This document shows positions 63,327-64,000 of a DNA stretch of 64,000 nucleotides, in pieces (position 1 is the stretch's first letter; each line of letters starts with the position of its first letter). This DNA is from Eledone cirrhosa (Eukaryota), in the NCBI GenBank assembly GCA_964016885.1, contig OZ024758.1, positions 3,286,001-3,350,000 on the forward strand, in the 5' to 3' direction. Under the pieces are notes generated by a model. The model was not told where the DNA came from. It searched no databases and saw nothing but the letters and a program-made list of their open reading frames with translations. The position numbers and the translations under genes were made by a program.

Positions 63327-63565
63327 ATATATATATATATTTATATATGCACACACACACATATATATATATATATATTTATATACACATATATCATACA
63401 CACACACACATACACACACATACATATACATATATATATATATCATACACACACACATATATATATATCATACACACACACATATATCTATCATACACAC
63501 ACACATATCTATCATACACACACACATATATCTATCATACACACACATATAACACACACACACAA
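63165..63565. repeat. (CA)n/(TA)n compound microsatellite
   Basis: Direct reading. Confidence 0.95.
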
Positions 63566-63811
63566 TCCTAGTCTTCAGAACATTGATAAAGGTACATAAC
63601 TATTGACCGTGCCAGTGACATCCTATTAAAAACAGGACTTACAAAAAGATGTTATGTTATGTTTTATATTTTGTATCTCGGCTCTGTAATACATCTGATA
63701 GTTTACATTGAGCCTATTCACTTGCTGGTAATTAGCTAGTGCTTAGTACTACCCTTCCTATTCATAATTGCATATAACTCATATATATATATTTATATAC
63801 ATATTATTACT

Positions 63812-63859
<48 letters not shown>

Positions 63860-63928
63860 TCACAAGCGTGAAACTAAAAACCATATCATTTGTACTGCCT
63901 CTGCTTTTTTTGTTCTGTCCATTTATTC

Positions 63929-63982
<54 letters not shown>

Positions 63983-64000
63983 GAAATTAAAGTGTTTAAT

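Overview
AT-rich, microsatellite-laden animal genomic DNA, most likely Octopus or another coleoid cephalopod (inferred from the tRNA-derived Nin/Deu-domain and CORE-type SINEs, RTE and Penelope debris, and very large (TA)n-based satellites). Almost all long ORFs in the track are microsatellite artefacts. Reading short GT-AG-bounded exons by hand reveals two highly diverged, disabled, intron-rich genes arranged head to head. One is a DNHD1-like dynein heavy chain N-terminus on the minus strand (~214-15938, running off the left edge). The other is a DNAAF9/C20orf194 (Shulin)-like dynein-assembly factor on the plus strand (~18980-53225). Both identifications come from by-eye comparison with recalled human proteins and need database confirmation. 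An intron of the plus-strand gene holds a 464-nt tandem duplication in which each unit carries a minimal type I hammerhead ribozyme, a retrozyme-like architecture. Also present are several fold-back elements with degenerate hammerhead cores, Tc1/mariner and hAT MITEs, and a 6.9-kb (TA)n-CG satellite that switches orientation internally.
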